The notes beneath the pieces were generated by a model. The model saw nothing but the letters and a program-made list of their open reading frames with translations. It searched no databases and was not told the origin of the DNA. The position numbers were made by a program, and so were the translations under genes. From contig WLNW01000003.1 in NCBI GenBank assembly GCA_009699605.1, positions 1 to 49,875 on the forward strand: 49,875 bases of DNA, given 5' to 3'. Below are positions 1 through 8,211 of this stretch, piece after piece; the first letter of the stretch is position 1; each line of letters begins with the position of its first letter. This stretch comes from Actinomycetota bacterium. Lineage in GTDB: Bacteria > Actinomycetota > Acidimicrobiia > Acidimicrobiales > WLNW01.

Positions 1-1
1 C

Positions 2-199
2 ACCAACTTCGACGAAGCCGACGTGCTGGCCCGCAACGGCATCTACCCGAAGGTCTTCCACGAGTTGCTCACGCGAGGCGTGGCGCTCGCGCCCGGTGCC
101 TACGAGGTGCTCTTCCCGAGCCTTGCGCACTCGGCGGAAGATCTCGCGCAGACTTTCGACGCCTGCGCGGCCGCGGCCAAGGCGGTCATGGCCGGCTGA
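2..199 (+). CDS. hemL: Glutamate-1-semialdehyde 2,1-aminomutase, C-terminal fragment (truncated by window edge)
   Basis: Manual translation of frame 2 gives TNFDEAD...YPKVFHELLTRGVALAPGAYEVLFPSLAHSAEDL...AG*, matching the GSA aminotransferase C-terminus (F..ll..GV.laP..fE..F.S.AH...D). Stop TGA at 197-199. Confidence 0.8.
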   Translation, partial: TNFDEADVLARNGIYPKVFHELLTRGVALAPGAYEVLFPSLAHSAEDLAQTFDACAAAAKAVMAG

Positions 200-205
200 T
201 CCTGC

Positions 206-1042
206 TCAGCGATCGAGCTTGGCGCGGATCGCGTCTCGTGCCTCGACGAACTCGAGTCGGTTCTCGAAGAACGCGAACCGGGCCCGCACCTGGGCGGAGG
301 GGGACGGGCGTGCCCCACGATTGAGCGTCCATGCCATGAACGACTCGGCCAGGTCCTCGTGCACGCTCGACGACGCGTATTCGCTCACGAACTTGCGGAT
401 GTCCGTCGGTGCAGGTTCGGCCGTTCCGGCCCAGAACTCGTCGTGCCATGCGACGAGCGCGGACCCGAACTTCGCGCAACCGATCTCGATACGCAACCCG
501 TCGCAGCGAGTGCGCGACGCTGCGTTCGACGTCAGGTCGTCGGTGCGCAGCGTCAGCATGTGTGCGTACTCGTGCACCATCGTGTCCTGGAGCACCTCGT
601 CGGTCTCGGCCGGGTCGATCGACAGCACCCAGCTGTCCGGGGCGACCGACGAACGATGCACCATGCCGAGCGTGGCGTTTCGACCGTCGCTGATCACGTT
701 CATCTGGCGGATCGACAGCACGGCGTCGTCGGGCAACGTGGACTCGACCAGATCCCACAGCCGCGAGTCGCGGGCGAGATCGGTGCTCGCCGCGGGAATC
801 GCCGGGCGGCCGTCGGCCACGGCGTAAGACGCGAGGAGCACGAGCGTTGCGTCTGCGTAGTGCACCGACTCGGTGGCCCGGGCGGCGCGGCCTGCAGAAC
901 GCTCGCTCGTCTGCGCGGTGGCGATGGCGGCGAGCGCACCCGATGCAGGGCCTGGGTGGGCCGCCACGTGGACCCAGCTGGTGGACAGAGTCGCGGACGC
1001 GATGACCGCTGCGAGGAACCCGAAGTGTCGGCGCGTGCCCAT
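206..1042 (-). CDS. Exported putative zinc metallopeptidase (HExxH)
   Basis: 278 aa. N-terminus TRRHFGF plus a hydrophobic stretch looks like a Tat/Sec signal. HEYAH motif and downstream FVSEYASSSVHEDLAESF are typical of zincin-like putative metallopeptidases. Confidence 0.65.
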   Translation of the reverse strand: MGTRRHFGFLAAVIASATLSTSWVHVAAHPGPASGALAAIATAQTSERSAGRAARATESVHYADATLVLLASYAVADGRPAIPAASTDLARDSRLWDLVESTLPDDAVLSIRQMNVISDGRNATLGMVHRSSVAPDSWVLSIDPAETDEVLQDTMVHEYAHMLTLRTDDLTSNAASRTRCDGLRIEIGCAKFGSALVAWHDEFWAGTAEPAPTDIRKFVSEYASSSVHEDLAESFMAWTLNRGARPSPSAQVRARFAFFENRLEFVEARDAIRAKLDR

Positions 1043-1156
1043 GAACGCCGAGTGTGGTCCACGTTCACCATCTCGGGCATGAGGCGAACGGACCTCTTGG
1101 CAGAACCTTCGGCACGGGGCAGGCCCGACTTGAGGGTTCCGGAGAAGAGTTCCCGA

Positions 1157-2413
1157 TCAGCCCTTGGTGGCGGCGACGGAATCGGGCACGAGGCGGACGA
1201 GCACCGCGATGGCCTTGTATGCCGCTTCGGCCGGACCGAGCTCGTCGGGGCGCAACAGGTTCGCCATGATGCGTAAGGCCCACTCCATCAGCGAGTGCGA
1301 CTGCATGCCGACCCGGGTGAGCTCACGCATGAGCCGCGGGTTGCCGATGATCTTGGCGAACAGCCGGGCGACCTTGAAGTACAGCCGGAACTCTTCGTCG
1401 AGCAGGCGCGGGTACTCCTGGATGGCGAGCCCGTTACCGGTGGCGAGTGCCTCGGCGACGAGCGTGGCCGCGAGCCGCCCGGTTTCGTAGGCGTAGTCGA
1501 TGCCCTCGCCGTTGAACGGGTTGATCGAGCCCGCGGCGTCACCGGCGATGAGCCAGTTCGGCCCCACCTTCGGCCCGACGGAACCGCCCATAGGCAGGCG
1601 CCCGCCGGTGGGCGGCGCGACCGGCGACTCAGGATCGATCTGCCAGTGCGCGGGCAGCGTGGCCGCGAACTCTCGCATCAGGTGCGTGGTGTTGATGCTC
1701 TTCCAGTCGCGGAACGTGGACAGCAGCCCGATGCCCACGTTGATGGTGCCGTTGCCGACCGGGAAGATCCAGCCGTAGCCGGGCAGCGAGTTCCCGGCGC
1801 GGTCGCGCACGTCAAGCGCGCTCTCGATCCATGGGTCGTCGTGCATCGGGCTCTCGAAGTACCCGCGGATGGCCATGCCTTGCGGGTAGGAGCGATCACG
1901 GGCCGTGCCGAGCGCGCGACCGAAGCGCGAGTTCGAGCCGTCGGCCACGATCACGTACCGGGCTGCGATGTCCTCGGTGCGGTCGTTGTCGTGGTCGCGG
2001 ACCGTGGCGCCAACCACCATGCCGTTGCGCAGCAGCGGGGCCAGGGCTTCGGTGTGGCTTCGCAGCACGGCGCCGCGCCGCACGGCGTTCTCCGCCACGA
2101 ACGTGTCGAGCTCGGCCCGCCGGATCACGTAGCCGAAGTTCGGATAGATGGGGTGGTCGGGCCACTTCATCTCGATCGTGCGGTTGTGGGCGATCGCCCG
2201 GAGCCCATCGACGCGGTGGTAGCGGGTGAGCACGTCCGTGAGGCCCATGTCGTGGAGCTGTTTGACCCCACGCGGCGTGATGCCGTCACCGCAGGTCTTC
2301 TCGCGCGGGAACGACTTGCGCTCGACGAACACCACATCGAGACCGTGCTCGGCCGCCCAGTACGCGGCACTCGAACCGGCCGGCCCCCCGCCGATGACGA
2401 GGAGATCGTGCAT
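1157..2413 (-). CDS. menJ: Geranylgeranyl reductase family FAD oxidoreductase, probable menaquinone side-chain reductase (MenJ-like)
   Basis: GGGPAGS FAD-binding motif, FPREKTCGDG, GYGWIFP, GDAAGSINPFNGEGIDYA; respiratory gene context. Confidence 0.8.
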   Translation of the reverse strand: MHDLLVIGGGPAGSSAAYWAAEHGLDVVFVERKSFPREKTCGDGITPRGVKQLHDMGLTDVLTRYHRVDGLRAIAHNRTIEMKWPDHPIYPNFGYVIRRAELDTFVAENAVRRGAVLRSHTEALAPLLRNGMVVGATVRDHDNDRTEDIAARYVIVADGSNSRFGRALGTARDRSYPQGMAIRGYFESPMHDDPWIESALDVRDRAGNSLPGYGWIFPVGNGTINVGIGLLSTFRDWKSINTTHLMREFAATLPAHWQIDPESPVAPPTGGRLPMGGSVGPKVGPNWLIAGDAAGSINPFNGEGIDYAYETGRLAATLVAEALATGNGLAIQEYPRLLDEEFRLYFKVARLFAKIIGNPRLMRELTRVGMQSHSLMEWALRIMANLLRPDELGPAEAAYKAIAVLVRLVPDSVAATKG

Positions 2414-3162
2414 CAGCCTGCAGCAGGTGCGAGGTTGGTGATGAGCTTCTCGACGTCCTCGAGCGTGAGCGTGAGGGGGAAGGACGCGGGCAGGGCCGGG
2501 TTTTCGGCGAGGGTCTTCAGCTGCTCGAGGTCGGCTTCGGTCTGGCCACCGAAATGGATCCGCTCGTAGTAGACGACGGCGAGCAGCTGCTTGGCCGTGA
2601 GTTGCGCAGCCCAGGCCGGCATGCCGCCTGCTACCGGTCGGTTGGTGGCACCGTAGCTACCGATGGCCTTGAAGCCTTCGGAACCACGTGCGAGCCACTC
2701 GACGTGATGGGCGAAGTCGGGGAACGTGGCGAGGAGCACGCCATTCGTGAAGCCCGGGATGGCGCCGGCGCCGCCGCCCGTGGCGCCATGGCACCCCGCG
2801 CACTTGGCGTAGATGGCCTCGCCTTCGGCGAGTACCCCCTCGGCGTGGACATGAGGTTTGGACAGCGTCTGGACATAGAGGAAGGACCAGAGCGGCAAAA
2901 AGAGCAGCACTGGGGCGGCCCACCACGGGATCTTCTTGCGTGCGTTGGCGGCCCGCACCTCGGGCGTGACGACGACTTCGGGCTTCTTCGCCGCGACCAC
3001 GGGCGCAGATGCTGCGGCCTTGGCGGGCGACGAGGCCGTGGTCGCTGGCGCGGTCGAACCACCGGTGGCCGAAGCTGTCGCCGGGCCGGCGTCGCCGCCG
3101 AGGCCGAGCGCGGCGCGTCGCGCCCGGGAGCGCTCGAGGAGGTGCTCTGGAATCTCGGTCAA
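2413..3162 (-). CDS. Membrane-anchored monoheme cytochrome c
   Basis: CAGCH heme motif, GGMPAW Met ligand, one TM segment (WWAAPVLLFLPLWSFLYV). Start reassigned to TTG 3162 because GGAGGA lies just upstream. The stop overlaps the menJ ATG at 2413. Confidence 0.85.
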   Translation of the reverse strand: MTEIPEHLLERSRARRAALGLGGDAGPATASATGGSTAPATTASSPAKAAASAPVVAAKKPEVVVTPEVRAANARKKIPWWAAPVLLFLPLWSFLYVQTLSKPHVHAEGVLAEGEAIYAKCAGCHGATGGGAGAIPGFTNGVLLATFPDFAHHVEWLARGSEGFKAIGSYGATNRPVAGGMPAWAAQLTAKQLLAVVYYERIHFGGQTEADLEQLKTLAENPALPASFPLTLTLEDVEKLITNLAPAAG

Positions 3163-3514
3163 CGAATCCTCCGCAGGACTTCTGGCGGCGTCTCGAACGT
3201 CCGAAGCGGGTGCTCTCGCAGCCGCCACCGGGCGCCCGGAACCGTCTCAGCCTATGCGGATCTTGTCATGATCGGCCAAGCCGGGGTGGCATTCCCCGAC
3301 CGGCGCAGAGGTCGGCTCCGAGGGCGCCGCCGCGGCACATGAACCGCAGCTTTCGATGTGCCACGCCCAGAAGGCCCGTGCTAAACAACGCCTCACATGC
3401 CGGTCCTGACCGGCGCGTCAAAGGTGTCGCTCCCGATCCTGCTCCTCGACCCCGCCCACGCAACCGGCGAGGCCTCGTAGAAGTCAGTATCCCCGGACGC
3501 CGCTTGCTTGCTCG

Positions 3515-3537
3515 TACAATTGTGATCGGATTCACGA
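3515..3537 (+). promoter_or_regulatory. -10 box TACAAT (3515-3520) abutting a Rex/CRP-type palindrome TTGTGATCGGATTCACGA (3520-3537)
   Basis: Matches 12 of 14 specified positions of the Rex operator TTGTGAA-N4-TTCACAA and 9 of 10 of CRP TGTGA-N6-TCACA. Lies just before the GGGAGGT RBS of the first operon gene. Confidence 0.6.
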
Positions 3538-3553
3538 GGGAGGTGCTCGCCAC

Positions 3554-4033
3554 GTGCTCAACGTCGCTTTCTGGTCCTCGGTGATCGTGGCTGCTGCACT
3601 CGTCGGCGGCATCTACTGGTACATGGGCCGCCGTCCGGTTGGCACCCCGCTGACCTGGGGTGAAGCCATGGTCGCCGCGGTCTACGTGTTCTTCTTGCTG
3701 TTCTGGGTCTATGGCGTCGTGCCCCACCAGTGGCTGACCTGGGCCGACAACGAGCTGCGCTGGCGGCCCGACAAGATCTTCCTGCAGCCGCGCACCAAGC
3801 CTGCGGCGTGCTCGTGGGAATGGGGTACGGCCAAGGGCTGCATCAAGTGGCCCCTGCCCATCACCGTGTCCTGGCAGACCTTGCGCGACATCGTTGCCGT
3901 GGGCATCTACGGCATCGAGCTCGGGGGCATGGGCATGCTCTGGGTCAAGTGGCAGAAGCGGGGCCAGAAAGCCGCTGTCGCCGTCGAGAAGTCCGACTTC
4001 GGGCGGCCGCTCGTGCGCGAAGGAAGCAACTGA
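3554..4033 (+). CDS. Uncharacterised integral membrane protein (about 3 TM), first gene of the respiratory operon
   Basis: GTG start after GGGAGGT; three hydrophobic segments; TGA overlaps the next ATG at 4033. Confidence 0.8.
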   Translation: MLNVAFWSSVIVAAALVGGIYWYMGRRPVGTPLTWGEAMVAAVYVFFLLFWVYGVVPHQWLTWADNELRWRPDKIFLQPRTKPAACSWEWGTAKGCIKWPLPITVSWQTLRDIVAVGIYGIELGGMGMLWVKWQKRGQKAAVAVEKSDFGRPLVREGSN

Positions 4034-4449
4034 TGGGGGCCGGTGACGCCAACCCACCGATGCCCGAGTGGAGCGACGGCTATGTCCTCCAAGAGGTCGA
4101 CGCGGAATGGCTCTCGAAGGCGGTCAAGCCCAAGCAATTCATCCACATTGACCAGTCCGAGTGCATCATGTGCGAGGGATGCGTCGACATCTGTCCGTGG
4201 AAGTGCATCCACATGGTCACGCCCGATGTCATTGCTGAGGCAATTGGCACTGAGCGCCCCGGGGCCGACCCCCAAGATCACGTCGTCTTCCTCATCGATG
4301 ACGACGTCTGCACCCGTTGTGCGCTCTGTGTCGACCGGTGCCCCACCGGCGTCATCATCCTCGGCAAGGTCGGCGCGCCGCCGGCCACCGGCGATCCACA
4401 CCAACGCACCAACACGTACGGCTACGGCTACGGCATGCGGCTCGGCTGA
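4033..4449 (+). CDS. 2x[4Fe-4S] dicluster ferredoxin
   Basis: CIMCEGCVDICP and CTRCALCVDRCP motifs; no TM or signal. True start is ATG 4033 (TGATG coupling), not 3730. Confidence 0.9.
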   Translation: MGAGDANPPMPEWSDGYVLQEVDAEWLSKAVKPKQFIHIDQSECIMCEGCVDICPWKCIHMVTPDVIAEAIGTERPGADPQDHVVFLIDDDVCTRCALCVDRCPTGVIILGKVGAPPATGDPHQRTNTYGYGYGMRLG

Positions 4450-4476
4450 GCGCAGAGGAACTAGGAGTACACGACA

Positions 4477-5247
4477 GTGGCGACGACCAAAGCGCCGATC
4501 GGCGAGAAGCTCGCCAAGATCACCCAGCAGGTGCAGGGTTCCCAAGCATGGAACTCGATCTTCCGGCCGGGCTCGATCTTTCGCAAGGGCTACTCGGACA
4601 GCCCACGTAACCGGTCCTACGTGATCATGAACAGCGTGCTGTACCACCTTCACCCCGTGAAGGTGAAGCGTCACGCGGTCAAGGTGAGCTACACGCTGTG
4701 CCTCGGCGGGCTCAGCTTCTTCCTCTTCATCCTGCTCACCGTCACGGGTATCTTCTTGATGTTCTTCTACCGGCCTACTGCGGCCCAGGCGTGGGACGAC
4801 ATCGCCACGCTGAAGTCGTCGGTGACCTTCGGCCTGCTCGTGCGCAACATGCATCGATGGGGGGCGCACCTCATGGTGCTCTCCGTGTTCTTGCACATGG
4901 CGCGCGTCTTCTATCACGGCGCCTACAAGGCGCCGCGCGAGTTCAACTGGATCATCGGCGTCATGTTGTTGCAGCTCACGCTGCTCCTGTCGTTCACCGG
5001 CTACCTGCTGCCCTGGGACCAGCTCGCGCTTTGGGCCGTGACCGTGGGTACCAACATGATGGGTTACACCCCGGTGTTCGGTTCTCAGGTGCGCTTCGTG
5101 CTGCTCGGCGGCAAGGAGATCGGTACCGACACCTTGTTGCGCTGGTATGTGTTGCACGTCTTGCTGCTGCCATTCGTGATCGTCATCTTCATGGCGATCC
5201 ACTTCTGGCGGGTCCGCAAAGACGGCGGCATCTCGGGTCCGCTGTAG
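4477..5247 (+). CDS. petB: Cytochrome b6-like N-terminal subunit (PetB/QcrB type)
   Basis: Four heme-b histidines (MHRWGAHLMVLSVFLH; LHVLLLPFVIVIFMAIH), FTGYLLPWDQ, the CLGG heme-ci cysteine and the C-terminal GISGPL. Confidence 0.92.
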   Translation: MATTKAPIGEKLAKITQQVQGSQAWNSIFRPGSIFRKGYSDSPRNRSYVIMNSVLYHLHPVKVKRHAVKVSYTLCLGGLSFFLFILLTVTGIFLMFFYRPTAAQAWDDIATLKSSVTFGLLVRNMHRWGAHLMVLSVFLHMARVFYHGAYKAPREFNWIIGVMLLQLTLLLSFTGYLLPWDQLALWAVTVGTNMMGYTPVFGSQVRFVLLGGKEIGTDTLLRWYVLHVLLLPFVIVIFMAIHFWRVRKDGGISGPL

Positions 5248-5266
5248 ATCAGGAGACGAGGCAACC

Positions 5267-6067
5267 ATGACCGAAGTTCCTGAACACCTCCGCAAGCGGG
5301 CCGAAGAGGCCAAGGCGAAGGCCGCGGCCAAAGCCGCGGCGGCCGCCGGTGGCGACGCGACCGAGACCACCCCAGCTGCCGCCCCGGCCGCCAGCGGTGG
5401 CGACGCGGCCGGCGCGAGCAAGATCCCCGCGCACCTCCTCGAACGTTCGAAGTCGGCACGCGACAAGGCGGCCGGTGGTGGCGGTACGGCCACGGCGCTC
5501 GCCGAGAAGCCGTCGGGCGGCGTACCGGTGATCGCCGCAGGCGGCCCACCCCCGCTGGTCACCGGGCCGGGTGGTCACACCCAGCGCCTGCTCACCGTGG
5601 TCAAGTCCGGCTCCATCCAGGACGTCAAGGCCACCCCGCAGGACAAGGTGCACACCTGGCCGCACCTGCTCGTCGTCGAGTTCGGCGCCGCGCTGCTGTG
5701 CACGGCGTTCACGCTGCTCTTCTCGGTGTGGGTCAACGCACCGTTCCTCGAGCTGGCCAACTTCAACCAGACGCCGAACCCGTCCAAGGCGCCGTGGTAC
5801 TTCCTCGGCCTCCAGGAAATGCTCACGATGTTCCACCCCATGGTGGCCGGCGTGATGGTGCCCGGTATGGGCCTCTTCGTGCTGGGCGCGGCGCCCTTCA
5901 TTGACAAGAACCCGTCGAACAAGCCCGAGGATCGCAAGTTCGCCATTGCGATCATGACCGTCCACCTTATGTTCTGGGCCACGCTCGTGATGATCGGGTC
6001 GTTCTTCCGCGGCCCGGGCTTCAACTTCGTGTTCCCGTGGAACAAGGGCATCTTCTTCGACCTCTGA
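5267..6067 (+). CDS. petD: Cytochrome b6f subunit IV-like (cytochrome b C-terminal part) with long N-terminal extension
   Basis: WPHLLVVEF, ANFNQTPNPSKAPWYFLG (PEWY-equivalent), APFID; three TM helices. Confidence 0.88.
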   Translation: MTEVPEHLRKRAEEAKAKAAAKAAAAAGGDATETTPAAAPAASGGDAAGASKIPAHLLERSKSARDKAAGGGGTATALAEKPSGGVPVIAAGGPPPLVTGPGGHTQRLLTVVKSGSIQDVKATPQDKVHTWPHLLVVEFGAALLCTAFTLLFSVWVNAPFLELANFNQTPNPSKAPWYFLGLQEMLTMFHPMVAGVMVPGMGLFVLGAAPFIDKNPSNKPEDRKFAIAIMTVHLMFWATLVMIGSFFRGPGFNFVFPWNKGIFFDL

Positions 6068-6112
6068 TGACTACTTCGCTGTGTTCCCCCACCCCCTCTT
6101 GGAGCCGCTGAC

Positions 6113-6970
6113 ATGAACGGAACCATTGTCATCGTCGCCGTGGTCCTTCTCGTGCTGGCGCTCACCACACTTGTCGTGTCGGCCATGAAGCGGCGCGACC
6201 AGGGCATGGCCATCGGCGATCTGTCGCGCGAGACCGTCAAGCGCGACAAGGGTCTCGTCGTGCCCGCGGTCGCGGATGGGGCGCCGCTCACCGGCAAGGA
6301 CATCGAGCGCGCCGCCGCGGCCGACCGAAAGAAGGAACTCGAGCCGGTTGCGCCCAAGTCCCTTGCGCCATGGGTCGCGCCCGATGCCGACGCCATCGGG
6401 GTCAGCCGTCGCCAGTTCCTCAATCGCAGCATCGTCGGCGGCATGGTGCTCTCGCTGTCCACCTTCGGCGCCGCGTGCATCGGCTTCCTGTGGCCCAAGG
6501 TCGGCGGCGGCTTCGGTTCGAAGATCCGCGTCGGCCGCGTGAGCGACCTCCTCCAAGAGATCGAGAAGGCCAACGGCTTCCTCTACCGGGCCGACGGCCG
6601 CATGTGGCTCACCGAATACCCGGCCGGCTCGATCGAGAAGGCCAAGAACATCTATTCATCCGCCGAGCTCAAGGGTATGGAAGCGGGCGTCATCGCCCTC
6701 TACCAGAAGTGCCCACACCTCGGCTGTCGGGTGCCCAGCTGCGCCACCTCGCAGTGGTTCGAGTGCCCGTGCCACGGCTCGCAGTACAACCAGGTCGGCG
6801 AGAAGCGCGGCGGTCCGGCCCCTCGTGGCATGGATCGGTTCACGATGGAGGTCACCCCTGACGGCTTCCTCCTCGTCGACACCGGCTCGGTCATCCCCGG
6901 TCCGCCGATCGGCGTCAACACCACTGGCCAAGAGGCTGAGGGCCCGCACTGCCTGGCCGGCGGACACTGA
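6113..6970 (+). CDS. petC: Rieske [2Fe-2S] subunit (PetC/QcrA type)
   Basis: CPHLGC and CPCHGSQYN boxes, GPAPR, and an internal twin-arginine motif SRRQFLN before a TM helix. Confidence 0.92.
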   Translation: MNGTIVIVAVVLLVLALTTLVVSAMKRRDQGMAIGDLSRETVKRDKGLVVPAVADGAPLTGKDIERAAAADRKKELEPVAPKSLAPWVAPDADAIGVSRRQFLNRSIVGGMVLSLSTFGAACIGFLWPKVGGGFGSKIRVGRVSDLLQEIEKANGFLYRADGRMWLTEYPAGSIEKAKNIYSSAELKGMEAGVIALYQKCPHLGCRVPSCATSQWFECPCHGSQYNQVGEKRGGPAPRGMDRFTMEVTPDGFLLVDTGSVIPGPPIGVNTTGQEAEGPHCLAGGH

Positions 6971-6987
6971 GGGGATAGGGCACACAC

Positions 6988-8211
6988 ATGCTTGTCGCAG
7001 CATCCACACAATCCGCAGTCGGTTGGGTCATCGCCGTCCTCGTCGGCTTCGGTTTCGTCGCGTACATCTACGCGAACACCCGGGCCGCCAAACCCGAGGT
7101 CGGCTCCGAGATCGCGCTCGCGGCCAACCGCAAGCCGCTCGACGATGATCAGGTGCTCGAGACCACCCGTCTCGATCGCTCGCTCTTGTTCGCGCTCTCG
7201 ATGCTCGGCATCATCGCCGTGGCCCTCCCGCTCTACTGGCTCGCCGAACCGGCTCGCATCACCAACGCGGCCGAGGGCTTCACCATCCGCAGCGAGAAGC
7301 GCGGCACGGAGCTCTTCGCCGCCAACTGCGCGCGCTGCCATGGCCCAGGCGGCACGGGAGGCATCATCGCCACCTCGATCACCGATGATGCCGGAGCGTT
7401 CGTGGCCAACGTCAGCTGGAAGGCCCCGGCCCTCACCGCGGTGCTCTCGCGCTTCAGCGAGGAGGAGGTCACCGAGATCTTGAACTACGGGCGCAACGGC
7501 GTGATGCCCGCGTGGGGTGCGCCCGGCGGTGGCCCGCTCACGGTCAACAACCTACGCGACCTCATCATCTACTTGCGCACGGTGCAGCTGCCCGAAGCGA
7601 GCATGCGCGCCAGCGTCGACGGGGGCATCCGAGACGGGGCCAAGGGCGTGATGCTCAGCGAGCGCCCGACCTTGAAGGACGCGCTTGATGCCGCAAACCG
7701 GCTGTCCGATCCTGCAGCCAAGGCAGCGGCTGTCAAGGCGGCCAACGTCGACATCGAGACCTCCCTCGACGCGTTCGTCAAGCAGATCTCCGACCCCGCG
7801 TCGCCGTTCTTCGCCTCGATCTACGGCAAGCTCGTCTTCAGCAACACCGCCGCTCAAGGTGCGTACAGCTGCGCGCGGTGCCACACGACGGGCTGGTCGT
7901 ACAACGCGACCCAGGTCACCAATACGGCTGGCACGCCCCTAGCGGTGAAGTACTCCGACGGCAACGGCTGGTTCGGCCCGTCATTGCAGGGGGGCGCGAC
8001 CACGCGCAAGTTCAACACCTCGGCCACGCATGCCGCGTTCATCACGGGCGGCTCCGAGAAGGGCAAGAAGTACGGCAACGCCGGCATCGGTAGTGGTCAG
8101 ATGCCCGGGTTCGGACCCCGCATCGATGACACGGTGAAGGTGACCTACCCAGCCATCCTCACCGAGGCCGAGATCCAGGCCGTGGTTGCCTACGAAAGGA
8201 GCATGCAATGA
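6988..8211 (+). CDS. Membrane-anchored diheme cytochrome c subunit
   Basis: Two CARCH motifs, each with a downstream Met ligand (GVMPAW, GQMPGF); two N-terminal TM helices. Confidence 0.88.
   Translation: MLVAASTQSAVGWVIAVLVGFGFVAYIYANTRAAKPEVGSEIALAANRKPLDDDQVLETTRLDRSLLFALSMLGIIAVALPLYWLAEPARITNAAEGFTIRSEKRGTELFAANCARCHGPGGTGGIIATSITDDAGAFVANVSWKAPALTAVLSRFSEEEVTEILNYGRNGVMPAWGAPGGGPLTVNNLRDLIIYLRTVQLPEASMRASVDGGIRDGAKGVMLSERPTLKDALDAANRLSDPAAKAAAVKAANVDIETSLDAFVKQISDPASPFFASIYGKLVFSNTAAQGAYSCARCHTTGWSYNATQVTNTAGTPLAVKYSDGNGWFGPSLQGGATTRKFNTSATHAAFITGGSEKGKKYGNAGIGSGQMPGFGPRIDDTVKVTYPAILTEAEIQAVVAYERSMQ

Noticed and set aside
3730-4032. N-terminal 101 aa of the 239 aa ferredoxin ORF
   Set aside because: Overlaps the membrane-protein gene in another frame; ATG 4033 is coupled to its stop.
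3907-5562. Long antisense ORFs across the respiratory genes (e.g. 3907-5562, 12565-14226, 14381-16504, 15331-17394, 32907-34847)
   Set aside because: Shadow ORFs expected from high-GC codon bias opposite well-supported genes; no recognisable motifs.
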